Positions 19,332 through 28,307 of a DNA stretch of 64,000 bases are shown here, in pieces. The notes below the pieces were generated by a model, which was not told the DNA's origin, made no database searches, and saw nothing but the letters and a program-made list of their open reading frames with translations. The translations under genes were made by a program, and so were the position numbers. The DNA comes from an uncultured bacterium (GTDB lineage Bacteria > Lernaellota > Lernaellaia > JACKCT01): the NCBI GenBank assembly GCA_964586775.1, contig CAZPJD010000061.1:2183-66182 (forward strand). The letters are read 5' to 3'. Numbering within the stretch: position 1 is the first letter of the stretch; the number at the start of each line of letters is the position of its first letter.

Positions 19332-20143
19332 GCGCCGCCGTCTTCCCGGGCCGACCGTTCGCGCAAGGCTCGGCGCGACTCGATAAACCTCGCCGCGTTT
19401 TCGCGAACGCCCTCGCCAAGCGATCGGTCGTCCTGAATCTCGATCAGATCGGAGAGCAGCAGATGCGGCAACAGGTTGTTCGCCAGGTTTTCCGGCGTGT
19501 AGGGATTTCGCGCGAGCGCCAGCTTGACGGTGTAACGCGTGATCCACCGGGCGGAACGGTAGATGGTCTCCAAAATGGCGATCGAAGACGGTCGCCTCGC
19601 CGCCAGACGCACCACGTCCATTTCGGTCGTTCGCGTGTTTTGCAGATACGCCTCGATGACCTGGGGATTCGCGTCATACATGATCTTCGCGCGCGTCTCG
19701 CGATCGGTGTCGCGCGCCTTCGAGACGCGTCGCCCCACGGTTTGGCCGGCCAAACCGTAGATCAGGAAGTCTTCATCCGGGCGGGCCGAGGTGCGCGCCG
19801 GGCGACCCTTGGAAAAGAGGGCGACCACCTCCCGAACACCCAGCCGGGTCGCGCAATGAAAGATGCGGCTGCGTCGGTAGGCGTCGAGCCGCTCGGCCAG
19901 AGTGCGAGGATTGGCGAGCACGCTCCAGGTGTCGAGCGCACCGTGGTCGGCCTCGCGCGCCCGGCGATGGATGAGCGTGACCGCGCGCACGACGTTGTCG
20001 TCCGTGAGGGCGAGGAGCTTCTCACCCACGAACGCCGCGCGCAGCTCCGGGTCCGACACGCGCCCGATATACGCCAGAATATTCTCGACGCATTCGATCG
20101 CGCTGGTGTCGCCCACCGGCCACAGGGGACCCAGATCGTTCAC
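19328..20143 (-). CDS. Hypothetical alpha-helical protein, translationally coupled to recD2.
   Basis: 271 aa with no recognised motif. The stop/start overlap with recD2 is ATGA. Confidence 0.5.
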   Translation of the reverse strand: MNDLGPLWPVGDTSAIECVENILAYIGRVSDPELRAAFVGEKLLALTDDNVVRAVTLIHRRAREADHGALDTWSVLANPRTLAERLDAYRRSRIFHCATRLGVREVVALFSKGRPARTSARPDEDFLIYGLAGQTVGRRVSKARDTDRETRAKIMYDANPQVIEAYLQNTRTTEMDVVRLAARRPSSIAILETIYRSARWITRYTVKLALARNPYTPENLANNLLPHLLLSDLIEIQDDRSLGEGVRENAARFIESRRALRERSAREDGGA

Positions 20144-20274
20144 ATGGTCTCCGGACGACGAAGAATCGATGGGGCGATTCTATGTGATCCGGGGCGCGGA
20201 ACAAAGTGGGCGAGCGGGAAGGGGAGGATGCGGAGCCGAAAGTCAGCTTGACCACGCGCGGAGGCGGAAGGTCG

Positions 20275-20490
20275 TCAGGACTGATCGGCGGTCAGCATGT
20301 TCTGGCGCTCGGCGAAGGAGCGCAGGTCGTCGTACAGAATCTTTGTGACGCCGTGACCGCGCGTGTTGAACGCCTTGAGCTCGCTGTTGCGAATCCATCT
20401 GCGAATCGTCTCGGTCGAGACCATGCAGAATTCGGACGCTTCCTTCACCGTCAAAAACCGGGGATTCGTGGAAAGGCCGTTTCCAGACAT
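20275..20490 (-). CDS. Small excisionase/MerR-type helix-turn-helix DNA-binding protein.
   Basis: LTVKEASEFCMVSTETIRRWIRNSELKAF is typical of HTH_17 excisionase-family domains. ATG at 20490. Confidence 0.55.
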   Translation of the reverse strand: MSGNGLSTNPRFLTVKEASEFCMVSTETIRRWIRNSELKAFNTRGHGVTKILYDDLRSFAERQNMLTADQS

Positions 20491-20673
20491 GTCAAAGCCT
20501 CGTTCGTTGCCTCGTTGGTCTCTCGGACGATCCGAGGGAGATCGCCGCCGACTTATCCCATTCATCGGCGCGCCCGTATCGCGCCTGAAGCATATTCAGG
20601 CCGCCCACCTCGATATCCATTTCCGACCGATTTCGCTTGACACGGGCCGCGCGTTGACCGCAAATCGGGTGCG

Positions 20674-21516
20674 TTGCGCGGGGGGATTGACGTGGAACAG
20701 ACGGGATTTTTCACTCAGGCCGAACCCAAACTCTTCTACCGCTTCGAGCACGATTCCAACGACCGAGCCGCGCTGATCATCGCCCATGGCCTCGGCGAGC
20801 ACTCGGGGCGTTATCGCAACCTCATCGACGCGGTCCGTCCTCGAAAAATTTCTACCTTCGCCGTGGATCACCGCGGATTCGGGCAGTCCGGCGGAGCGCG
20901 GGGGTGCGTCGAGCGGTTCGATCAATACGTGGACGGCGTTAAGACACTGGCCGACTTCGCCGCTTCGAAAATGGGCGGAAAGAAGCTCTTTCTGCTCGGT
21001 CACTCGATGGGCGGGCTCATTGCCATCCACTACGCGCTGCGTTTTCCCGACACGATTGCCGGAGTGATCCCGAGCAGCGCGGCGCTACAGGTGTCGGTGC
21101 CGATTCCGCCGGTCAAGGGCGCGCTCGGCAAGCTGATGTCGGGCATCGCGCCGGGTCTTACCCTCGACAACGAACTCGTGCCCGACCACCTGTGCAGGGA
21201 CCCCGAGGTTGTGCGCGATTACGTCAACGATCCGCTCGTACATCGGCGCATCAGCACGCGGCTGTTCACCGAGCTGATGGCGGGCATGGACGTCGCTCAC
21301 GCGCGGGCGACGCAGCTGCGCATGCCGCTCCTGATTTTTCACGGGACCGGCGACAAGATCACGCACCCCGACGGCTCGAAGCGCTTTTTCGACGCCGCGG
21401 GCTCGACGGACAAGACGCTGCATTTCTTCGACGGGTACTACCACGAGACGATGAACGATCCCGGTTTCGAGCAGGTCACGAAGACCGTGGCGGACTGGAT
21501 CGACGCGCGGATCTGA
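20674..21516 (+). CDS. Alpha/beta hydrolase (lysophospholipase / monoacylglycerol lipase-like).
   Basis: Contains HGLGEHSGRY and the nucleophile elbow GHSMGG. The start is TTG at 20674 or GTG at 20692. Confidence 0.8.
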   Translation: MRGGIDVEQTGFFTQAEPKLFYRFEHDSNDRAALIIAHGLGEHSGRYRNLIDAVRPRKISTFAVDHRGFGQSGGARGCVERFDQYVDGVKTLADFAASKMGGKKLFLLGHSMGGLIAIHYALRFPDTIAGVIPSSAALQVSVPIPPVKGALGKLMSGIAPGLTLDNELVPDHLCRDPEVVRDYVNDPLVHRRISTRLFTELMAGMDVAHARATQLRMPLLIFHGTGDKITHPDGSKRFFDAAGSTDKTLHFFDGYYHETMNDPGFEQVTKTVADWIDARI

Positions 21517-21548
21517 AGGGAAAACCCGCGGGATTTTTCGGCCTACCG

Positions 21549-21582
21549 TTCGTTGACACGCAAAGTCCCGTTTCGTTGACAC
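21549..21582. repeat. Direct repeat TTCGTTGACAC x2 with 12-nt spacing, upstream of the yfgM-like/bamB genes.
   Basis: Exact 11-bp repeats at 21549-21559 and 21572-21582, each containing a TTGACA -35-like hexamer. Confidence 0.5.
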
Positions 21583-21651
21583 TCGTGGGCCCCGTGGCCT
21601 AACATTCGCCGCCGAATTTCATCCCGGATGCGCGGGGCAGGAGCATATCTC

Positions 21652-22407
21652 GTGGCCAAGAAGATCAAGATCACGCGCAAGCAGATCAAGCAGGACGACG
21701 AGTTCCTTCACGTCGTGAAGGAGTCGCTCGGCCGACTCGTCGAATACCGCACTTACATCGTGGTCGGCGTGGGCGTCGTGGTCGGAGGGTTGCTCGTGGC
21801 GGGCATCGTGACGCTCATCGTTTCGGCCACCAGTGTCAGCGCGCATCGCGAGTTGGCGGGGGCGGAAGCCGTTTTCAACGCGCCCGTCGTCGATCAGGAA
21901 ATCATCGACAAGAATCCCCGCATCCATGAGATGTTCCCCGCGGTCTTCACGAACGACCACGACCGCTACGCCGAATCGGCGAAGAAGTTCGAGGCAATCC
22001 GCGAGGACCTGGGTGGCAAGCGCGAGGGTTCGCTGGCCGATTACTACATCGCCGTCTCGAAAATGAATCTCGGCGAGTACGACGCGGCGCGCGCGGCCTT
22101 CGACAAAGTCGTCGCCGCGACCGTGCCGACCGATCCGCTGTGGGGACTCGCGGCGAGCGGCGCGGGGCTCGCGGCCGAAGCGTCGGGCCAGTCCGACGCG
22201 GCGATCGAATCGTTCACGAAGATCGTCGGGGCGAATCCCGGCGCGGCGTTCGTGCAGACCGCGCACAAAAACCTCGCCCGCGTGTACGAGGCCAAGGGCG
22301 ACCGGGACAACGCGGCCAAGAGTCTTTCCGCCTATCTCGCCGCCGCCGGTGAGGCGATGGACAAGGCCGAGGTCGAACAGCGCATCACCGCGCTTCAGGG
22401 AAAGTGA
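21652..22407 (+). CDS. YfgM-like membrane-anchored TPR protein (ancillary SecYEG translocon subunit family).
   Basis: A basic N-terminus is followed by a single TM helix (IVVGVGVVVGGLLVAGIVTLIV) and an alanine-rich TPR-like periplasmic domain. It lies immediately upstream of bamB, as in E. coli yfgM-bamB. GTG at 21652 after AGGAG is preferred over ATG at 21628. Confidence 0.6.
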   Translation: MAKKIKITRKQIKQDDEFLHVVKESLGRLVEYRTYIVVGVGVVVGGLLVAGIVTLIVSATSVSAHRELAGAEAVFNAPVVDQEIIDKNPRIHEMFPAVFTNDHDRYAESAKKFEAIREDLGGKREGSLADYYIAVSKMNLGEYDAARAAFDKVVAATVPTDPLWGLAASGAGLAAEASGQSDAAIESFTKIVGANPGAAFVQTAHKNLARVYEAKGDRDNAAKSLSAYLAAAGEAMDKAEVEQRITALQGK

Positions 22408-22411
22408 CCGG

Positions 22412-23629
22412 GTGATTCGTCGCCATCGCGCGCGGGCCGTCGCGTTCGCGCTCATCCTTCTCGCCGGTTGCGCATCGGCCCGGCCCGTGCCGACGCCGCT
22501 TCCCGACTCGTCGCTGGCCGCACTCGCCGACACGCCGCTGCCGCTGCGTGTCGACTGGATCTCGCCCGTCGGCGTCCGTGCGCTCGAGACGCCTTCATTC
22601 CATCCGCTCGAGTACGCGCAGCCCCTCGTGGACGGCGACCGGATCTTTGTCGGCGTGACGACCGGCGCGTGTTACGCGCTCGCGGCGCGAAACGGCGTGC
22701 CCGTTTGGACGTTTCAAGCCTTCGGACCCGTCGAGGGGCAGCCGGTGGCCGCGGGAGATGTCGTCGCGTTCGGCGACTCGGACGGCATGGTCTACGGCCT
22801 CGATCGCGCCACGGGATTCGCCAAGTGGACCTTCCAACTCGGCGGCGAGGTGATGGGCGGCGGCGCTTACGACGGTCAGGCCGTCTATGTGGCGACGTCC
22901 TACAACCGTGTTTACGCCATCGACGCCGCAACCGGAAAATGGAAGTGGATGTATCAGCGCGATCTCGCCGCCAGTTTCAGCGTGCGCGGCGTCGCAACGC
23001 CGGTGCTGTTGAACGGCGTGCTCTACGCCGGATTCTCCGACGGCTACATCGCCGCGATTGACGTGAAGACCGGCAAGGAGATCTGGAAGAACCTGCTGAA
23101 GATCGACGAGCGTCTGGCGGACGTGGACGCTTCGCCGCTTGTTGAGAATGACGCCCTCTACGTCGCGGCATACGACGGCGCGCTCTATAAACTCGGGCTC
23201 GCGTCCGGCGAGGTCATCTGGAAGTCGGATCGCGTCGGCGGCGTGTCGCGGCCCGCGTCGGTGGGCGACTACCTGATCGTCGCCTCGTCACGCGGCTTTG
23301 TGCACGCGATCTCCAAGGCCGACGGCACGCAGATGTGGGAAACCGATATCCGCCACGAGGACAAGGCGGGCTCGGTCGCGCGAGCGCCGAGAATCCGCAT
23401 CAAAGTCCCGACCGCGCCGACCATCTTCGGCGACGTGATCCTGACGACCTCGAACGAGGGATTCCTGTACGCGATCGACCCGCGCATAGGCTCGATCCGC
23501 TGGCGGTTCCATCCCGGCCTCGGCGCGTCGTCCGGGTTTGCCCGCGACGCGAATCGGATCTATTTTCTCGCCAACGGCGGCAACCTCTACGCGATGTCCA
23601 AAGGCTCCCCCGAATCGGTCGGCCCCTGA
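22412..23629 (+). CDS. bamB: Outer membrane protein assembly factor BamB (PQQ-like beta-propeller lipoprotein).
   Basis: The lipobox LLAGC is followed by repeated PQQ-type propeller motifs (VYALDAATGK.W, YGLDRATGFAKW). GTG start at 22412. Confidence 0.8.
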   Translation: MIRRHRARAVAFALILLAGCASARPVPTPLPDSSLAALADTPLPLRVDWISPVGVRALETPSFHPLEYAQPLVDGDRIFVGVTTGACYALAARNGVPVWTFQAFGPVEGQPVAAGDVVAFGDSDGMVYGLDRATGFAKWTFQLGGEVMGGGAYDGQAVYVATSYNRVYAIDAATGKWKWMYQRDLAASFSVRGVATPVLLNGVLYAGFSDGYIAAIDVKTGKEIWKNLLKIDERLADVDASPLVENDALYVAAYDGALYKLGLASGEVIWKSDRVGGVSRPASVGDYLIVASSRGFVHAISKADGTQMWETDIRHEDKAGSVARAPRIRIKVPTAPTIFGDVILTTSNEGFLYAIDPRIGSIRWRFHPGLGASSGFARDANRIYFLANGGNLYAMSKGSPESVGP

Positions 23630-23653
23630 CGACGCGCGGTGCCGTCACGTCAC

Positions 23654-23727
23654 GCCCTCGTAGCTCAGTCGGATAGAGCATCGGATTCCTAATCCGGGGG
23701 TCGCAGGTTCAAATCCTGCCGGGGGCA
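23654..23727 (+). tRNA. tRNA-Arg (anticodon CCT).
   Basis: The cloverleaf folds by hand: acceptor GCCCTCG/CGGGGGC, D-arm GCTC..GAGC, anticodon loop TTCCTAA, T-arm GCAGG-TTCAAAT-CCTGC, discriminator A. CCA is not encoded. Confidence 0.85.
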
Positions 23728-23774
23728 TCTGCGTAACTCTCCGTCGGCGTCCCTTGCGGGCGAAGGGGATTTTC

Positions 23775-24530
23775 ATGCGACTGCGCGTTCTCGGCTGCTA
23801 CGGGCGTTTGACGCCGACGCATCGCTCGACGGGGTTCCTGCTGAACGACGACGCCCTGCTCGACGCGGGCACGGTCAACTCGGTGCTCGACGTGGCCGCG
23901 ATGGAGCGGCTGCGCGTCCTCTTTCTCACCCACGCCCACGTCGATCACGTGAAGGAATTGCCGTTTTTGCTGATGGAGCGGGCAAATAAGGGTCTGCCCA
24001 GCCTGATTTTAGCCGCGATCCCCGAGGTGATCGACGTCGTTCGTCGCCACCTGCTGAACGGCGCGTTGTGGCCGGATTTTACGGTCATCGGCGATCCGCC
24101 GGCGCTCGTTTATCACGAATTGCCGATCGCCAAGCCGACGAAGGTCGCCGGCTACAAGGTGACGGCGGTGCCGGTGCATCACACGGTTCCGTGCACGGGG
24201 TTTCATCTGCAAAAGGGCGGCGTGGGGTTCGTTTACACCGGGGACACGGCGACGACCGACGCGATCTGGCGAGTCGTGAAGACGCACGACGACGTGAAGA
24301 CGGTTCTGGTCGAAACCACGTTTCACAACGCGGGCGAGGCCGCCGCGCGCGCGACCGGGCACTACTGCCCGCGCACGCTCGCCGAGGATGTCGCCAAGGC
24401 GGATCGCGAAATTCGGCTCCTCATCACGCATATGCGCCCGGAACTTTGCGACGTCATCGCGACGGAATTGGCCGAAGCGGGTCTCGATGCGCGGCTTGTC
24501 GAGCAAGACCACGCATACGAACTGGGCTGA
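23775..24530 (+). CDS. MBL-fold hydrolase, class II cyclic-nucleotide phosphodiesterase-like.
   Basis: The LTHAHVDHV motif is present, with ATG at 23775. Confidence 0.7.
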   Translation: MRLRVLGCYGRLTPTHRSTGFLLNDDALLDAGTVNSVLDVAAMERLRVLFLTHAHVDHVKELPFLLMERANKGLPSLILAAIPEVIDVVRRHLLNGALWPDFTVIGDPPALVYHELPIAKPTKVAGYKVTAVPVHHTVPCTGFHLQKGGVGFVYTGDTATTDAIWRVVKTHDDVKTVLVETTFHNAGEAAARATGHYCPRTLAEDVAKADREIRLLITHMRPELCDVIATELAEAGLDARLVEQDHAYELG

Positions 24531-24662
24531 GGGCTGGGGTAGGGGCATCGCCATCGCGCCCGAAATTTCGCGCCGCGCCCTACGTTTCCGATTGCCGCGC
24601 TCGCGGGATTTTTCTACAATCGAAGGGTTGCGACATCGCCGGATTGCTTATGGAGGTCCCGA

Positions 24663-24857
24663 ATGGGCTTTTTTCAGCTGGACGAAGTGATCGAAGCGTT
24701 CCGAAACGGGAAACTGGAAGAATATTGCGACTCCATGTCGCAGAACGACCTCGTCCTACTCAAGCACGAAATCACCGGCTTTGCCGCCAAGCACGGCCAT
24801 GAACTCGAAATGGACGTCCTCTTGGAGCGTCTCGACGAGATGATGGCCGCCAAATGA
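24663..24857 (+). CDS. Small acidic hypothetical protein (64 aa).
   Basis: Preceded by GGAGG, with no recognisable domain. Confidence 0.35.
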   Translation: MGFFQLDEVIEAFRNGKLEEYCDSMSQNDLVLLKHEITGFAAKHGHELEMDVLLERLDEMMAAK

Positions 24858-24908
24858 CGGCGAATTGACGTCCGGCGGATAGCCGGGCCGCCCGGCGCAG
24901 TCGAATCC

Positions 24909-25829
24909 ATGACATCCTCAAATCCCGAAAAACGACCACGGGCGCTCACGGCGGGCGATGCGATCTCGCTGATCGCTCCAGCCGGGCCGTTTGACTCCGC
25001 GCGCTTCGTCGACGGCGTTCAGCGGCTGCGCGACTGGGGGTTTCGCCCGGTCTGGCGCGACGACCTCTTCGAGCGCGACGGGTATCTCGCGGGCAGCGAC
25101 GAGCGGCGCCTCGCGGAATTGCAGGACGCGCTCGACGGCGACGTACCGTGCGTGTGGTGCGTGCGCGGGGGATACGGGACGATCCGCCTGCTGGAACGGC
25201 TCGACCTGTCGCGATTCGCGGAGTTGCCGAAGCTTTTGATCGGCTTTTCGGACATCACGTTTCTGCAATGGGACCTGTGGCGACGAACGGGTATTCGCTT
25301 GATACACGGCCCGATGGTTGCGGGCGAGCAGTTCCAGCGCGCGGACGATGCGAACGACGCGTGGTACAGGCGGCTTTTGATGGACACATCGCCACCCGGG
25401 ATCGCACCGATCGGCGCGTTCGAGTGTGTCGCGGCGGGCAGGGCGACCGGGCGGCTCTTCCCCGGCAACCTGACGCTGATCGTGCACCTTCTCGCGGCAA
25501 GGCGCTGCCCCGACCTGGCGGGTGCGATTCTGGTCATCGAGGACATCGGCGAAGCGCTGTATCGCGTCGATCGCATGCTCGCGACGCTGCGCTTGTCGGG
25601 GGCGGTCGATCGCATCGCGGGGCTCGTTTTCGGCGATTTCGGCGGCGTTGACGCGGCAACGGTTCGGCGACTCGCCGAGGAGACCGCGCGAGCGCTTGGC
25701 GGTGTGCCGTGCGTCACCGGGGCGCAGTTCGGCCACGGCGAACGAAATACCGCGTTGCCGGTCGGCACGATGGCGACACTCGACGCGACAAACGGAACAC
25801 TCGATTTGCTGGAATCGCCGGTATGCTAA
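24909..25829 (+). CDS. ldcA: LD-carboxypeptidase (murein tetrapeptide carboxypeptidase, S66).
   Basis: Contains the nucleophile region GFSDIT and the ...LIHGP...E...H pattern typical of S66. Confidence 0.8.
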   Translation: MTSSNPEKRPRALTAGDAISLIAPAGPFDSARFVDGVQRLRDWGFRPVWRDDLFERDGYLAGSDERRLAELQDALDGDVPCVWCVRGGYGTIRLLERLDLSRFAELPKLLIGFSDITFLQWDLWRRTGIRLIHGPMVAGEQFQRADDANDAWYRRLLMDTSPPGIAPIGAFECVAAGRATGRLFPGNLTLIVHLLAARRCPDLAGAILVIEDIGEALYRVDRMLATLRLSGAVDRIAGLVFGDFGGVDAATVRRLAEETARALGGVPCVTGAQFGHGERNTALPVGTMATLDATNGTLDLLESPVC

Positions 25830-26893
25830 AAAAGGCCACACGCGCGCTGAACGAGGCGTTTCGCGACCGCGCGTTTCCCGGGGCGCAGCTCGGGATTCTG
25901 GCGGGCGACGAGACGCGCGTCGTCGTCGCCGGGAACCTGTCGTACGCGCCGAACTCGTTCACCGTCACCGAGGATACGATCTACGATCTCGCGAGCGTCA
26001 CGAAGATCGTCGCGACCACCGCCGTTGCCATGATCTTCGTTCAACAGGAACGATTCGAACTCGACGCCACGATCGGCGAATTCTTCGCGGGCATCGCGGA
26101 CGAACGATTGGCCAAGGCGACAATCCGCCAGCTCTTGTCCCATTCCGCGGGTCTTCCCGCGTGGCGTGCGTTTTACGAAGAGATTTCCGAAGAGGCCATC
26201 GGTTTTGGGTCGGCCAAACAGCGGATCTTCGAGTTGTTGCGCGACACCGCATGCGTTTATGAACCGGGCACGTCGGCGATCTACTCCGATCTCGACATGA
26301 TGTGGATCGGATTCCTGCTCGAAAAACTCGGCGGCGCGAGTCTCGACGTGCTCGCCGAGCGATTCGTCTTCGAGCCGCTGGGAATGACGATGTGCGCGTT
26401 TCGGCCGCTCGAAAAACTTCCGAATGCGTTTCCCGCGCCGACGCGCAAGTGCGCGTGGCGGCGTCGTGTGATGGTGGGCGAAGTCGACGATCAAAACACC
26501 TTCGCGGCGGGCGGCGTGCTGGCGCAGGCGGGGGTCTTCGCGAACGCCGAATCGCTGCTCGTCTTTGCGCGCGAATTGCTACGCGCGCTGGGCGGCGACG
26601 GCGAGGTCTTCGACGAGGACGTGATTCGCCTGTTTCTCGAACCGGCTTTTCCGAATGGCGAGCATTCGTTTCGCTTGGGATTCGACGGAAAATCTTTGCT
26701 CGGATCGCTTTTACCCGACGCGTTCGGGCCGAATACGTTCGGGCATTGGGGCTTCACGGGCACGGGCCTTTGGATCGATCCCGACGCGCGGCGCGCGGTG
26801 ACGTTGCTCGCCAATCGCGTGCATCCCGACATCGAGAACGATCGAATCCAGTTCTGGCGGCCGCGCATTTTCAAAGCCGCGATGGCCCAATGA
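25823..26893 (+). CDS. Beta-lactamase-family serine hydrolase (AmpC/class C-like esterase).
   Basis: Contains the SxxK motif (SVTK) and the YSN-equivalent YSD. It overlaps the ldcA stop by 7 nt. Confidence 0.8.
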   Translation: MLKKATRALNEAFRDRAFPGAQLGILAGDETRVVVAGNLSYAPNSFTVTEDTIYDLASVTKIVATTAVAMIFVQQERFELDATIGEFFAGIADERLAKATIRQLLSHSAGLPAWRAFYEEISEEAIGFGSAKQRIFELLRDTACVYEPGTSAIYSDLDMMWIGFLLEKLGGASLDVLAERFVFEPLGMTMCAFRPLEKLPNAFPAPTRKCAWRRRVMVGEVDDQNTFAAGGVLAQAGVFANAESLLVFARELLRALGGDGEVFDEDVIRLFLEPAFPNGEHSFRLGFDGKSLLGSLLPDAFGPNTFGHWGFTGTGLWIDPDARRAVTLLANRVHPDIENDRIQFWRPRIFKAAMAQ

Positions 26894-26900
26894 GCCGGCG

Positions 26901-28307
26901 ATGCACATCCATTTGATCGCCATTTGCGGAACCGGCATGGGCTCACTCGCGGGTATCCTGAAGGCCGCGGGGCACCTCGTCACGGGCAGCGACGCGAATG
27001 TCTATCCGCCCATGTCCACGTATTTGGCGGGGCAGGGGATTCCCATCTTCGAGGGATACGAACCCGCCCACCTGACGCCGCGCCCCGATCTGGTCGTGGT
27101 CGGCAACGCCATCCGGCGCGACAATCCCGAAGCCCGCGCGGCCATCGACGGCGGCATCGAGTACACCAGCTTCCCCGGCGCGCTGCGTCGCTTCTTTCTC
27201 GACGAACGCACCACCGTGGCCATCACCGGCACGCACGGGAAAACCACGACGACCGCCATCCTCGCGTGGATCTTCACGCAAGCCGGGCTCGATCCGTCAT
27301 TTCTCGTCGGCGGCGTCGCACAAAATTTGGGTTCGCCCGTGCGCCTGGGCGCGGGTCGCCACTTCATCGTCGAGGGCGACGAATACGACACGGCGTTCTT
27401 CGACAAGGTGCCGAAGTTCGTGCGCTACCGGCCCGACCACGCGATCCTCGCGAACATCGAATTCGACCACGCCGACATTTATCCCGACCTCGACGCCGTC
27501 AAGCGCGCGTTCGCCATGCTGGTGGACGGGATGCCACCCGAAGGGTCGCTCATCGCGGGGATCGATTGCCCGAATGTGCGCGAGCGAATCGAGCACGCGC
27601 GTTGCCGAGTCGTCACGTTCGCCATCGACCGCGAGGCCGACCATCGCGCGCAAAACCTACGCGAGGAATCGGACCGCGTCGTCTTCGACATCGCGACGAC
27701 CGAAGGAATCGTTCGTAATTTACGGATCGCGCTACCGGGAAGGCACAATGTGTTGAATGCTCTGGCGGCCTTCGCGATGGCACGCGAGCTCGGGCTCGAC
27801 GCCGACGCGATTCGAGCGGGGCTCGCGGGCTTCGAAGGCGTCAAAAGGCGGCAGGAGGTTCGCGGCGAGGAAGCGGGCGTGGTGGTCATCGACGATTTCG
27901 CACATCACCCGACGGCCGTGCGCGTGACGCTCGAGGCGCTGCGTGGGCGGTATGCGGGACGGCGCGTCGTGGTGCTTTTCGAGCCGCGCACGAACACCAG
28001 CCGCCGCGCGTATTTTCAGGAACTCTATGCGTCGGCGTTCGACGCCGCGAGGGCCGTGGTGATCGCGCCGGTGTTCGGGGCCCAATCGCTGCCGGAGTCG
28101 GAGCGATTCGACGCGGCCCGCCTCGCGCGCGATCTGTGCGCGCGTGGAATCGACGCGCACGAAACGGCGAGCTATGACGAAACGCTCGTGTCGGCGCTCG
28201 ATCGCCTCGAATCGGGCGACGTGGCCGTGTTGATGAGCAACGGCGGCTTCGGCGGCCTGCACGATCGGCTGCTCGAAGCGCTGCGCGCGAGGGGAGACGC
28301 ATCGTGA
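26901..28307 (+). CDS. mpl: UDP-N-acetylmuramate:L-alanyl-gamma-D-glutamyl-meso-DAP ligase (murein peptide ligase).
   Basis: Shows Mur-ligase architecture: N-terminal MHIHLIAICGTGMGSLA, the P-loop GTHGKTTTTA, and the middle and C-terminal Mur domains. Confidence 0.85.
   Translation: MHIHLIAICGTGMGSLAGILKAAGHLVTGSDANVYPPMSTYLAGQGIPIFEGYEPAHLTPRPDLVVVGNAIRRDNPEARAAIDGGIEYTSFPGALRRFFLDERTTVAITGTHGKTTTTAILAWIFTQAGLDPSFLVGGVAQNLGSPVRLGAGRHFIVEGDEYDTAFFDKVPKFVRYRPDHAILANIEFDHADIYPDLDAVKRAFAMLVDGMPPEGSLIAGIDCPNVRERIEHARCRVVTFAIDREADHRAQNLREESDRVVFDIATTEGIVRNLRIALPGRHNVLNALAAFAMARELGLDADAIRAGLAGFEGVKRRQEVRGEEAGVVVIDDFAHHPTAVRVTLEALRGRYAGRRVVVLFEPRTNTSRRAYFQELYASAFDAARAVVIAPVFGAQSLPESERFDAARLARDLCARGIDAHETASYDETLVSALDRLESGDVAVLMSNGGFGGLHDRLLEALRARGDAS

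Noticed and set aside
17373-19436. 687-aa plus-strand ORF antisense to recD2.
   Set aside because: GC-rich antisense artefact. recD2 on the minus strand has full helicase motifs.
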